NCBI GenBank assembly: GCA_964486865.1
Contig: CAZAOZ010000012.1
Span: forward strand, 1,870-65,869
Length of the DNA: 64,000 nt
Source: an uncultured Bordetella sp.
Lineage (GTDB): Bacteria; Pseudomonadota; Gammaproteobacteria; Burkholderiales; SG8-41
Direction of reading: 5' to 3'
Part shown: positions 27,035-35,746 of the stretch, piece after piece
Position numbering within the stretch: position 1 is the first letter of the stretch
Layout of the letters: the number at the start of each line of letters is the position of its first letter
Made by a program: the position numbers and the translations under genes
Notes under the pieces: model-generated
The model's input: only the letters and a program-made list of their open reading frames with translations
Database searches by the model: none
What the model was told of the DNA's origin: nothing

Positions 27035-28012
27035 ATGAAAACACCGCTGAAATTGTCCGTTTTTCTTGCCATGGCCGTTGTTGTTCCTGGCATCGCTCAT
27101 GGCGCGCAAGCCCAGCCGTATCCGAGCAAACCGATACGGATCATCATCCCGTTCGGCGCGGGCGGGTTCTCGGATATCGTGTCGCGCATTGTCGGGCAGA
27201 AACTCTCGGAGAGCATGGGGCAGCCCGTTGTAAACGATAACCGCCCCGGCGCCAGCGGCATCATCGGGACGGATATCGTGGCCAAATCCTCGCCTGACGG
27301 ATACACACTTTTGCTCAGCAGCTTCAATCACGTCGTGAATCCAAGCATGATGAAACTGCCCTACGATCCGATCAAGGATTTTGCGGCGATCAGTCTGATC
27401 GCCGACGGTCCGCCGCTGGTCATGATGGTCAACCCCGCATCGCCGGTCAAAACTGTTCAGCAACTGGTCAACCTGGCCAAGGCGCGCCCCGGACAGCTCA
27501 ATTACGGCAGCACCGGCATCGGCACTTCCGGCCATCTCATCGGCGAGCTGTTCAAGCTGGAGGCCAAAATCGACATGGTGCATGTCGCCTATCGCAGCAG
27601 CAACTTGTCCATCCCTGCGGTCATCAGCGGTGAAGTCAACATGGTATCCACCTACATGCCGACGGCACTACCCCACGTCCGATCAGGAAGGCTGGTGGCG
27701 ATAGCAGTCACCGGTGCCCGGCGCTCCGCGGTGCTCCCTGACGTTCCGACCATGGTGGAATCGGGCGTGTCGGGGGTCGTGGTCAGCGGATTCGCCGGGT
27801 TCCTCGCTCCCGTCGCCACCCCGCCCGCCATCATCAAGCAATTGCATCAAGAGATCGTAAAAATGACCAAGAGCGCGGACTTCATCAAGCGTTACACCTC
27901 TTACGACATGACACCGGTCGCCAGTACCCCTCAGGAACTCGTGACCTACACCCGGCAGGAGATCGCGAAATGGGCGAAGGTGATCAAGGCAGCAGACATC
28001 CGGATGCAGTAG
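27035..28012 (+). CDS. Bug/TctC family substrate-binding protein
   Basis: PYPSKPIRIIIPFGAGGFSDIVSRIVGQKL...NDNRPGASG...DGYTLLL. Confidence 0.9.
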   Translation: MKTPLKLSVFLAMAVVVPGIAHGAQAQPYPSKPIRIIIPFGAGGFSDIVSRIVGQKLSESMGQPVVNDNRPGASGIIGTDIVAKSSPDGYTLLLSSFNHVVNPSMMKLPYDPIKDFAAISLIADGPPLVMMVNPASPVKTVQQLVNLAKARPGQLNYGSTGIGTSGHLIGELFKLEAKIDMVHVAYRSSNLSIPAVISGEVNMVSTYMPTALPHVRSGRLVAIAVTGARRSAVLPDVPTMVESGVSGVVVSGFAGFLAPVATPPAIIKQLHQEIVKMTKSADFIKRYTSYDMTPVASTPQELVTYTRQEIAKWAKVIKAADIRMQ

Positions 28013-28100
28013 CGCGCATGCCTAGCAGGAGGAGCTCAGCTTTCATCACGCGCCGCAAAATATATAAATAAACAAAGGGTTATATTAACTCTTCGCCCGC

Positions 28101-28167
28101 GCACCGGGCTGCGCAGCACGCCGATATCCCGCCGCACGATCTCGCACACATCACCGTCCTGCAGATC
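28101..28167 (-). pseudogene. Remnant copy of the 3' end of an FAH-family gene
   Basis: This 67-nt segment is about 85% identical by eye to 28902-28968, the 3' end of the FAH gene. It would encode DLQDGDVCEIVRRDIGVLRSPV versus DLKDGDVCEIVQKDIGVLRSPV. The two copies bracket the HigBA cassette as imperfect direct repeats. Confidence 0.55.
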
Positions 28168-28169
28168 AA

Positions 28170-28544
28170 CTATGCCGCATGAAGTTCATCCGGCTGCCTG
28201 ATCAGACTTTCTGCGGGAATATCCAGGCCACGATGCAATTTCCAGATCATCCTCAGGGTCAGCGGACGCTTGTGGTTAAGGATTTCGTAAACCCGGTTCA
28301 AGCGGCCAATCATCGGCTCCAAATCCTTGGGGGTCAGGCCCTTCTGGTCCATCTGAAATTTGATGGCTTCCACCGGATCGGGCAGTTCGAGCGGAAAGTG
28401 TTTTCTTTCGTAGGCTTCAATCAATGTGACCAGAACATCAAGGCGTTCGCCATCAGCGGTATTTGCCCTGGCGCCCATCAGGGACTCAACCACTTTCAGG
28501 GTTGCGCGATAGTCTGCCTTGGTCTTGATCGGTTTAATATCCAT
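28170..28544 (-). CDS. higA: HigA-type antitoxin (C-terminal XRE HTH)
   Basis: ...FQMDQKGLTPKDLEPMIGRLNRVYEILNHKRPLTLRMIWKLHRGLDIPAESLI resembles E. coli HigA (YgjM) architecture. GGAGGTG RBS before ATG 28544. Lies immediately downstream of higB. Confidence 0.8.
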   Translation of the reverse strand: MDIKPIKTKADYRATLKVVESLMGARANTADGERLDVLVTLIEAYERKHFPLELPDPVEAIKFQMDQKGLTPKDLEPMIGRLNRVYEILNHKRPLTLRMIWKLHRGLDIPAESLIRQPDELHAA

Positions 28545-28555
28545 CGTCACCTCCA

Positions 28556-28858
28556 TCAAATAGTCTGAGCGTCAATCTCATCGTACTGGGCATGTGTGCC
28601 AATGAAGCGAACGTACACCACACGGTACGGATAGTTAATCCACACCACCAGCCGGTATTTGTTGCCGGCAAGATTGAATACCACGCGCCCGTCACGGAGG
28701 ATGCTGGCGCTACCGAATGACGCCTTTACCTCTGCCGGCGATGCCCAGTCCGCCTTGAGCGCCTGACGGTACCAAGCCAATCCGGGCTCTCTGGCATCCC
28801 GATACGCACGGTTAGTTTCCCAGAACGCCTTTAACGTCGAAAGCGCAATAACCCGCAT
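28556..28858 (-). CDS. higB: HigB-type toxin (mRNA interferase, RelE superfamily)
   Basis: MRVIALSTLKAFWE...VVFNLAGNKYRLVVWINYPYRVVYVRFIGTHAQYDEID matches the HigB (YgjN-like) pattern FN(I/L)xGNKYRL...THxEYD. Confidence 0.85.
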   Translation of the reverse strand: MRVIALSTLKAFWETNRAYRDAREPGLAWYRQALKADWASPAEVKASFGSASILRDGRVVFNLAGNKYRLVVWINYPYRVVYVRFIGTHAQYDEIDAQTI

Positions 28859-28867
28859 GGAAAGAGT

Positions 28868-28888
28868 ATAGTCCCAATATGGGACTAT
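28868..28888. promoter_or_regulatory. Candidate HigA/HigBA operator palindrome overlapping a -10-like TATACT
   Basis: ATAGTCCCA-ATA-TGGGACTAT (9-bp perfect arms) lies 10-30 nt upstream of the higB ATG. The minus strand reads ...GGGACTATACTCTTTCCATG. Confidence 0.5.
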
Positions 28889-29673
28889 CGCAAGCCTGTC
28901 AGCACCGGACTGCGCAGCACGCCGATGTCTTTTTGCACGATCTCGCACACATCACCATCCTTGAGATCAGGCTCGGTCGCATCGTCTGTGCCCAGCCAGA
29001 TCACATCACCGGGATGCAGCGTCATGTACTGCGTGATCTTCGCAATGAAATGCTGCGCGGAGAACAGCATCTTGCCGGTGTGGTATCCGGCGACCTTGTT
29101 GCCGTTGATGTGGATGTCGATGGTCAGGTTCATCGGATCCAGCCCCGTGGCGATGAACGGGCCCATGGGCTTGAAGGTGTCGCAGTTTTTCGCGCGCCAC
29201 AGCGTGCGGTCGGTTTTCTGCCAGGTGCGCTCGCTGACATCGTTGCCCAGCGTGTAGCCGAGGATGCACGACAGCGCATTCGCTTCGGTGAGGTTTTTCG
29301 CCGTCTTGCCAACCACCGCCACCAGCTCGCCCTCGAACTGCACCGGGCCGGGGGAATCGGCGGGAATCACAATCGCCTCATTCGTCGCCACCAGCGCATT
29401 CGCCGAGCGGTAACCGACGTCGGCCTTCTCCGGCGGCTTGGTGTTGGTGCCCTTGCGCTTGTTGGCCCACTCGATATGCGCGGCGTAGTTCAGCCCCGCG
29501 CAGTAGAAGTTGCGCGGCTCGCAGGGAATGAGGGTTTTAAGCGCGGACAGCGCATGGGTCTTGCCGTTGGTCTTCCAGTTACCGAACGGCGAGCCGTCGA
29601 GTTCATCGACACGGTCGCCTTCGACGAGGCCGAAGAAGATGCGGGACTGGTGCTGGAAGCGGCCGAATTTCAT
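28885..29673 (-). CDS. Fumarylacetoacetate hydrolase (FAH) family protein
   Basis: MKFGRF...FYCAGLNYAAHIEW..., ...FEGELVAVVGK..., ...GYTLGNDVSERTWQ..., ...AKNCDTFKPMGP..., ...MTLHPGDVIWLGT are the FAH-fold metal and substrate motifs. Confidence 0.85.
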   Translation of the reverse strand: MKFGRFQHQSRIFFGLVEGDRVDELDGSPFGNWKTNGKTHALSALKTLIPCEPRNFYCAGLNYAAHIEWANKRKGTNTKPPEKADVGYRSANALVATNEAIVIPADSPGPVQFEGELVAVVGKTAKNLTEANALSCILGYTLGNDVSERTWQKTDRTLWRAKNCDTFKPMGPFIATGLDPMNLTIDIHINGNKVAGYHTGKMLFSAQHFIAKITQYMTLHPGDVIWLGTDDATEPDLKDGDVCEIVQKDIGVLRSPVLTGLR

Positions 29674-29786
29674 GCTTGCTGTTCTCCATGTAATCGTTGC
29701 GCCGACTGCCATGTTCGCATGTCTGCGTCCCCGCGGCACGACCGCATGCCGCAGACACCGGCCTCAGGCAATGACTACTGAATTGA

Positions 29787-30371
29787 TCAACTGTGCACAA
29801 ACGCCAGCAACGCCGCATAGTCGCCGGCATCCGCCGCACGCAATGCCGCAAGGTAACGATCGCGCGCATCACCACCCGCCTCAAGGTTCGCCCCACCCCA
29901 GCTGAATGATGCGGCGCCGTTCCGCCGCAACAGCACGTCCGTCATCAACCGCGCATGACGGCCGTTGCCGTTCGGAAAGGGGTGGATCGCCACCAGCCGG
30001 TGGTGAAACCGCACCGCGATTTCGTCCAGCGGATACGTACGGTGCCCGATCCAGTAGCGCGTGTTCTCCAGCAGTTCGCGCAACTGCACGGCCACCTGCG
30101 CGGCATCCACGCCGATATTCTTGCCGGTGGTGCGGAACGTACCCGCCCAGCGCCAGGTGCCGCCGAACAGGCGGCGATGCAGCTCGCGCACAAAATGTTC
30201 GCTCAGCACGTCGCGCTCGCGTGAGCGCATCGCCCACGCGCTGCCCTCCAGCACATTCGCCTGCTCCCACTGGTTCAGCTCGGCTTGCGTGCGGATGTGG
30301 CCGGGAATCAGGCCGCGTGCCTCGTCGGGATCGAGCGGCGTCGCGCCCGGCGCGTGTGCGTCGCCGATCAT
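29787..30371 (-). CDS. Fic-domain protein of the 'mobile mystery protein B' type
   Basis: GATPLDPDEARGLIPGHIRTQAELNQWEQANV... plus the Fic motif HPFPNGNGRHARLMTD. 194 aa. Confidence 0.85.
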   Translation of the reverse strand: MIGDAHAPGATPLDPDEARGLIPGHIRTQAELNQWEQANVLEGSAWAMRSRERDVLSEHFVRELHRRLFGGTWRWAGTFRTTGKNIGVDAAQVAVQLRELLENTRYWIGHRTYPLDEIAVRFHHRLVAIHPFPNGNGRHARLMTDVLLRRNGAASFSWGGANLEAGGDARDRYLAALRAADAGDYAALLAFVHS

Positions 30372-30389
30372 CGCGAATTCAGCGACCGG

Positions 30390-30842
30390 CTATTCCCACA
30401 ACCGCGAGCGCCGGCCGCGCAGCAGTTCCTGCTTGCGCTGCGCGACCTGCATGCGCGTGTAGGCATCATCGGCACGCTGCTGCTCCAGCGCCATCGAATG
30501 CGCGATCGCGTTGACCTCGGCGTCGGCCAGTTTCTGCGCACGCGCATCGACCTTGTCACGCAACGGCACATCCGGCACCAGTGCATGCACCAGACGGCAA
30601 TCGAGCGCGGCGCCCAGACGCCGCAACTGGCCCAGCGAAATCGTGCCCGCGGTTTCGCGTCGCTCGGCATCCATCCAGCTCGATTGCGACACGCCGGCGC
30701 GCTGCGCGGCCTGGCGCGTGCTGATGCCCAGCGCCATGCGGATGGCCCGCAGCCAGCCATCGACCGGCGGCGCGTCCAGCCGTTCGCGCCACGGCGCGAG
30801 GGCTTGATCGAGCTGGACTAGACGGAGATCGCGGGTATTCAT
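30390..30842 (-). CDS. HTH (XRE-like) protein of the 'mobile mystery protein A' type
   Basis: WLRAIRMALGISTRQAAQRAGVSQSSWMDAERRETAGTISLGQLRRLGAALDCRLV. Lies directly upstream of the Fic gene with an 18-nt gap. Confidence 0.8.
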   Translation of the reverse strand: MNTRDLRLVQLDQALAPWRERLDAPPVDGWLRAIRMALGISTRQAAQRAGVSQSSWMDAERRETAGTISLGQLRRLGAALDCRLVHALVPDVPLRDKVDARAQKLADAEVNAIAHSMALEQQRADDAYTRMQVAQRKQELLRGRRSRLWE

Positions 30843-31048
30843 GATCGACCATAAGCATTCATTGATGAATAGAATGATAGCTTATAAACGATCATAAATA
30901 AACTATTTGAATGACTTTGGTCGCTCAAATAATCGATCCCGCCCCTCCAATAAATATAATTCAATAAAAACAATTAGTTATTGAAGGACATCACCCTTGC
31001 CGTCCTCGACCGGACGCACCTGGCCGATGGCGATCAGGGTTCGAGGAT

Positions 31049-33721
31049 CTACGGCCGGCGCACGCGCACCGCCGCGATGATTTTTGCCAGCCGCGCGCGC
31101 GAAGTCTCGTCCGGCCGCGCATGGGCCGCGGCGTCGAGCAGCCAGCGCTCGATGTCCGCAGCGCTGGTTGCGGCATTGTGCCGGCCTTCCATGGCGTCTT
31201 TCAGTGCGCGCAATTTCAGGTGTTGCCGGGCGGCGTGAAATTCCGCGGGGCTTTCCAGTCCGCACGCGATCTCCAGATTCAGCAGGATGTCGGGCAAACC
31301 CTCGCCGGCATTTTTACCCGCCCTGGCGGCAGGCGCTGCGGCTGACGGGCCCACGCCCGCGAAACGCGCATTCAGTTTGCTGTTCCAGGCATCGGGAAAA
31401 TGCGCAACGGCGTTCCACCGCGCTTCCAGGCTGACCGCCACGTCCTCGGACAGCGTGCCATTGGCATCCTCGGCATCCAGCAGTTTTTCGCGCTCTTCGC
31501 ACAGCGCCATTTTCGTGATGAGTGCATCGTAGCGGGCTTGCGATGCGGCCACGGCCAGTTCGCCGAGCCGCCGCGTCACGGCATCGCGCGCGGTGCGATA
31601 ACGCGCGTCGATTTTTGCGGCGACTTCCCTGGGCGCTGCCGGGCTGGTACGCCAGGCAGTTTCAGCCTCAGCCATGGCGCGTTTGATGTCCGCGGCGATG
31701 GTGCCCTGCGTCAGCGCATTGAGCCGACTGATGATGTCTTCGCGCGCTTGCTGCGCGGCCGTGGATACGGCTTCCGTAGCGGCACGGGCAGCATCACGTG
31801 CCTTGAAAATGGAATCCGTAGCGGTCTTGAACGCACCCCATAGTGCGTTCTCGTCGCGTCGCGGCAGCGGCAGGGCTTTGGCCACCGCCTGCCACTCGGT
31901 TTGCAGCTTGCGCACTTTGCTCACGATGTCGCGCGCGGCCGCATCCGGGGCCGCCAGTGTTTTCGCTTCCGCCACCAGGGCCTCGCGCTGGCGGCGCGCT
32001 TCGGCATAGACATTCTGCAGCGGCCCCTCCAGCGCTTGTAGCGCTGCCGCGTAACGTAGGGGAAGCGCGTTGTCGCCTTTGAGCGCCTTGCGCGGCACCG
32101 TGTGCTCGATCGGCCCCAGCTTGCGCCACGCGCGTTGCGCGTCCTCCAGCGCATGCGCCACGGCGCGCCAGTCGGGTGCGGCGGCGGTCGTGGCCGGTGT
32201 TGCGGGCGCGGCAGGATCCGTGGGCGTGCCGTCCGGTACGGCAGGGAAAAATTTTGCCGCCGCCTCACCCAGAGCAGCGATGATGGCGACACGCGCCGCC
32301 AGATTCTCCGCGCGGGCCGACTTGAGTTTGTCCAGGTGCGCCGCCACCGGCACGTAGGCCGCCTTCAACGCCCCGTCAAAGGCCAGCCATACGGTTTGAC
32401 TGGATGCACCGCCGAGCTTGTCCAGTTCTTTCCAGCGCTCGCGCAATTTTTCGATGGCTTCGGCATGCGCCTTGATGCTGATTTTGCCGGCAGCCTGTTC
32501 AGCGAGCGCCTGCGCCTCGGCCGCAAGCCGTTCGCGGCTTTGTCCGCCGCTCCAGCGTTGCCACTCGTGCAGGCGCTGCTGCTCGCGGCGCAGGGCATCG
32601 ATGCGCAACGTGAATGCGGCGTTCGCTTGACCGCGCTTCAACGCCTGGTCGATCGCGCCCAGCAGACGCGTCAGGTCGGCCACATGCCCCGCTGCCTGTG
32701 CGGCTTCCGCCGCTTCGATATCGCGCTGCAGGGTATCCGCGTGTCGCTTGTTTTTTTGTGCCCGCTGCGCGCGCTCTTTGACGTTCAGCGCATCGTCTGC
32801 GCGTTGCCGCTCGTCATTGCTTGAATTTCGCCAGTCCGCAAAGCGGTGGGCCAGCACGGTGTGCAATTCACCGTCCGTGATCTCCGGAAACGCGCGCCAC
32901 TGCTCAATGCGCGCTTTCTCATCGGCCGCGTCGGCAGCCTGCGGCGGTAACGATTGCAAAAATCCGGCACGCTCCACCACACTGGACGCCAGCGCCAGCA
33001 ACCGACTGCCGGCATCGGCTTTCTCGATACATCGCGCATCGCCGGCATCCGGCGGATGCTGCACGAGATCCAACAGACTCACCGCCGGGGTTTCCGTATC
33101 GGCGGGCGCAAGTTCGGCCCGCGCCACGCCCGGCAGAATGGCTTGCAATGCAGCCATGCCCGCATCCACGGCGTCCAGCCATCGCGTGAGCGTTTGAGAG
33201 CGCTCGCCCTGCGCGCGCACGCGCACCCCGAGCTGCCCGCTCAACGCGGCAAATTCGCCCGGCAGGGCCGGATCGATCAGCTCAGTATGCAAGGCGCTCC
33301 ATGCGCGATCCAATTCCACCACATGATTGATGGGCACGACCTCCTGCCCGAGCAACGCGCGCGCGCCGGCGATCAAGGCCCGGGCTTCGGCATCGGCAAG
33401 GCGTGTCGCGTTGGCGGCGTCGTGGCGAGATTTCGCGGCGCGATACAGGCGCTTGTCCTGATCGCGAAAGTCGTGCATGGCCTGCTTGAACGATTGCTCC
33501 TGCGTTAACGCCGCGATCGCGGCGAGTTTCAACGGCAAGCTGGGCGCCTGCTGCGCCAATTGCAGCAGCATGGCGTCGTCCGTTGCAGCGTCCCGGATGC
33601 GCTCCTGCCACGCCAGGTTCTCCTCGGCGGCGACACCCGCCGCTGCAGCATCGTCCGCGGCAGTGCTGGCGGGGGAAGCAGATTGCAAGTTGTTGTTTTT
33701 ATTAAAAATTTTGTTAAGCAT
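31049..33721 (-). CDS. DUF349 repeat-containing protein (890 aa)
   Basis: Repeated helical units with the W(R/Q/K)xLGP...(LW/VW)xxF motif: AWRKLGPIEHTVPRKAL, EWQAVAKALPLPRRDENALWGAFKTATDSIF, RWKELDKLGGASSQTVWLAFDGAL. Highly Ala/Arg/Glu-rich. Confidence 0.8.
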   Translation of the reverse strand: MLNKIFNKNNNLQSASPASTAADDAAAAGVAAEENLAWQERIRDAATDDAMLLQLAQQAPSLPLKLAAIAALTQEQSFKQAMHDFRDQDKRLYRAAKSRHDAANATRLADAEARALIAGARALLGQEVVPINHVVELDRAWSALHTELIDPALPGEFAALSGQLGVRVRAQGERSQTLTRWLDAVDAGMAALQAILPGVARAELAPADTETPAVSLLDLVQHPPDAGDARCIEKADAGSRLLALASSVVERAGFLQSLPPQAADAADEKARIEQWRAFPEITDGELHTVLAHRFADWRNSSNDERQRADDALNVKERAQRAQKNKRHADTLQRDIEAAEAAQAAGHVADLTRLLGAIDQALKRGQANAAFTLRIDALRREQQRLHEWQRWSGGQSRERLAAEAQALAEQAAGKISIKAHAEAIEKLRERWKELDKLGGASSQTVWLAFDGALKAAYVPVAAHLDKLKSARAENLAARVAIIAALGEAAAKFFPAVPDGTPTDPAAPATPATTAAAPDWRAVAHALEDAQRAWRKLGPIEHTVPRKALKGDNALPLRYAAALQALEGPLQNVYAEARRQREALVAEAKTLAAPDAAARDIVSKVRKLQTEWQAVAKALPLPRRDENALWGAFKTATDSIFKARDAARAATEAVSTAAQQAREDIISRLNALTQGTIAADIKRAMAEAETAWRTSPAAPREVAAKIDARYRTARDAVTRRLGELAVAASQARYDALITKMALCEEREKLLDAEDANGTLSEDVAVSLEARWNAVAHFPDAWNSKLNARFAGVGPSAAAPAARAGKNAGEGLPDILLNLEIACGLESPAEFHAARQHLKLRALKDAMEGRHNAATSAADIERWLLDAAAHARPDETSRARLAKIIAAVRVRRP

Positions 33722-33858
33722 GGAGGCGGGCCTTGGGCGATGGCCCTGAAATACAGTGCTGACATTGTGACACTGTATTTAATGGGTGGCGTCATTCGGG
33801 CAAGGAATGTCTCAGACATTTGAATCAAAGGGGCCGGGCACGACCTATCTAGCGACCC

Positions 33859-33902
33859 GGGGCAGCTCAGCCTGCCCCATTTCTTTATTTTTCTTTATTT
33901 TT
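33859..33902 (+). terminator. Intrinsic-terminator-like hairpin plus long T-tract (plus-strand orientation)
   Basis: GGGGCAG-CTCAGC-CTGCCCC followed by ATTTCTTTATTTTTCTTTATTTTT. It lies between the DUF349 start and the REase stop. On the minus strand the T-tract is on the wrong side. Confidence 0.4.
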
Positions 33903-33937
33903 CCTACGTCCCCATATCATTCCTTAGGCTGATTTGA

Positions 33938-34549
33938 TCACGGCGAAATGCCAACAACCACGAGAGGAACGGCTGGGACACCTCGACCGTTGCGGATGAC
34001 GTTGTAAAGCTCGCCTTCGTAGTACCCGGGCCCGGAAGACATATGTTGTTGCAATGCCTTCATAGGCAAGATTTCGATTCCAACGTCGATCTGGTCACGT
34101 ACGTAAAACGCCAGATGCTTGACGAATAAATCGTAGGCGACGAAAGAGTATTTACCGAATTGAACTTCAATCGCCACACGGTCCTTAACAAAATCCGTCT
34201 GGTTGTAACTAAGGATAGGCGTTAACCCGGCTTTTTCGATTTCATGCTTTTGTTCATTGGCGGTCTGCGTCAATGTCTGACGAATCAACTTTTCGTCGTG
34301 TGTAACCCAATAGGTCACACGGCTTTCTTGCCACCCGCGCGCTTTGAGTAGGCTCCCAAAGCTGCTGTTCATGTCTATCGGGCTGTATTTCAGTTGCCCT
34401 TTCATGCGCACTTCTTTGCTAACTTTTGTGCGGCAAGCCGTGGCGTCGACAGCTTCGATAACCGCTTTGATTTCGGTCCACAGCTTCTTCTTGTGAACAA
34501 GCAAATATTCAAGCCCGTTTAGATGCGAATAAGTCTTGACGATCTTCAT
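33938..34549 (-). CDS. Type II restriction endonuclease, BglII/BstYI-like
   Basis: DFVKDRVAIEVQFGKYSFVAYDLFVKHL parallels the BglII catalytic segment DFGKRDTLVEVQFSNYPFLL (D...EVQ). The ATG overlaps the methylase stop (ATGA). Local GC is clearly below the window average. Confidence 0.75.
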   Translation of the reverse strand: MKIVKTYSHLNGLEYLLVHKKKLWTEIKAVIEAVDATACRTKVSKEVRMKGQLKYSPIDMNSSFGSLLKARGWQESRVTYWVTHDEKLIRQTLTQTANEQKHEIEKAGLTPILSYNQTDFVKDRVAIEVQFGKYSFVAYDLFVKHLAFYVRDQIDVGIEILPMKALQQHMSSGPGYYEGELYNVIRNGRGVPAVPLVVVGISP

Positions 34550-35550
34550 GATTTTCCCGCGTAAGTCCTTCGTTCTTGAAGCAATCGGTATTGAACGCCC
34601 TGATCGGGTTGCTCCCGCTCGATTGGCGCTGGCCGCCAAGGGTTTTTCGTCAAACTATTCCCTGCTTTTTGCGGGTCGTATACCGGCGTGTTCATTTCCC
34701 TGACTGGCAAGCGGCCCTCTATCGCCTGCAAGATACGTTGATGGGCGATTTTTACGTATTCAGGCATTTTCTCCACACCGCAACCGCGCCTCTTGTTTCT
34801 CACTGCCGCAGCAACCGACGTGCCAACTCCCGCGAACGGATCAAAAATCATGTCACCCGGTTCAGTAAGCGACAGCAACAACCGTTCGACCAGTTCAATG
34901 GGAAATTGACACGGGTGACTGGTTTTTTCAACATGATTATTTTTCACGTTGGGAAAGATCCACACATCTCCGGGGTTTTTCCCGAGAGGATTGCCCGAAA
35001 GCTGTCCGGATTTCGGGCCTTTAAAGTATTTTTTGCCGGGATATTTCTGTGGAACCCGGATAGGGTCAAGGCCGAAGGTGTAATCATCAGTCTTGGTAAA
35101 CCACAAGATGGTTTCATATCGGCCGGACAGCCGCCGCGAACAGTGCAATCCGTGTTCAAAATGCCAGACGATACGATTTCTCAATTTCAATCCATGCTTG
35201 GCGAAGGCCGGGTATAACGCAATGTCAAGCGGCACAATCGCTCCACCGCTGACGTAATTGCCCACCTGCCAACAAATGCTACCGCGCGGCGACAGGACTC
35301 GGACACATTCGTCGATAACCTCTCCTTGCCATGCAAGATAGGCTTCTAAATTTTCCCGCTTTTCATACTTTTTCCCAAGGTTGTAAGGCGGGGATGTCAC
35401 CACAAGCTGCGCTGCTTCATCAGGCATTCCACGCATGAACTCGACACAGTCGCCCTGATGAAAAACAGCTTGATGTCTAGCTGAGTATTCCGATGCGATC
35501 AGCAGCTTTACTGGATGTTTGCCGTTAGGCGGGAGATTTTCGCGTTTCAT
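34546..35550 (-). CDS. Site-specific DNA methyltransferase, beta-class, probably N4-cytosine
   Basis: Motif IV VVTSPPYNLG is N-terminal and motif I IFDPFAGVGTS is C-terminal, which is the beta permutation. SPPY is typical of m4C enzymes such as M.BglII and M.BamHI. Confidence 0.85.
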   Translation of the reverse strand: MKRENLPPNGKHPVKLLIASEYSARHQAVFHQGDCVEFMRGMPDEAAQLVVTSPPYNLGKKYEKRENLEAYLAWQGEVIDECVRVLSPRGSICWQVGNYVSGGAIVPLDIALYPAFAKHGLKLRNRIVWHFEHGLHCSRRLSGRYETILWFTKTDDYTFGLDPIRVPQKYPGKKYFKGPKSGQLSGNPLGKNPGDVWIFPNVKNNHVEKTSHPCQFPIELVERLLLSLTEPGDMIFDPFAGVGTSVAAAVRNKRRGCGVEKMPEYVKIAHQRILQAIEGRLPVREMNTPVYDPQKAGNSLTKNPWRPAPIEREQPDQGVQYRLLQERRTYAGKS

Positions 35551-35746
35551 ACCTTATTTGGATCATCGCGTGAGAGTGTGGGTGATTTTGAGGCATTTTA
35601 AGACATCAAAATTACCAGAGGGGGATTCTTTTCCGAGAGGGAATACCAAGGGTCAAAGTCAGCATTCTCTTCTTCTCCAAAAAAGAACGCTGACTCTGAC
35701 CCTGGTGTTTCTTGTAACGATCATCAATGGCACGTCAGGCCGATCC

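Noticed and set aside
33749-33780. Inverted repeat AAATACAGTG-N12-CACTGTATTT, considered as a LexA/SOS box.
   Set aside because: The proteobacterial LexA box is CTGT-N8-ACAG. Here the half-sites are in the opposite order and at the wrong spacing. No such box was seen upstream of dinB either.
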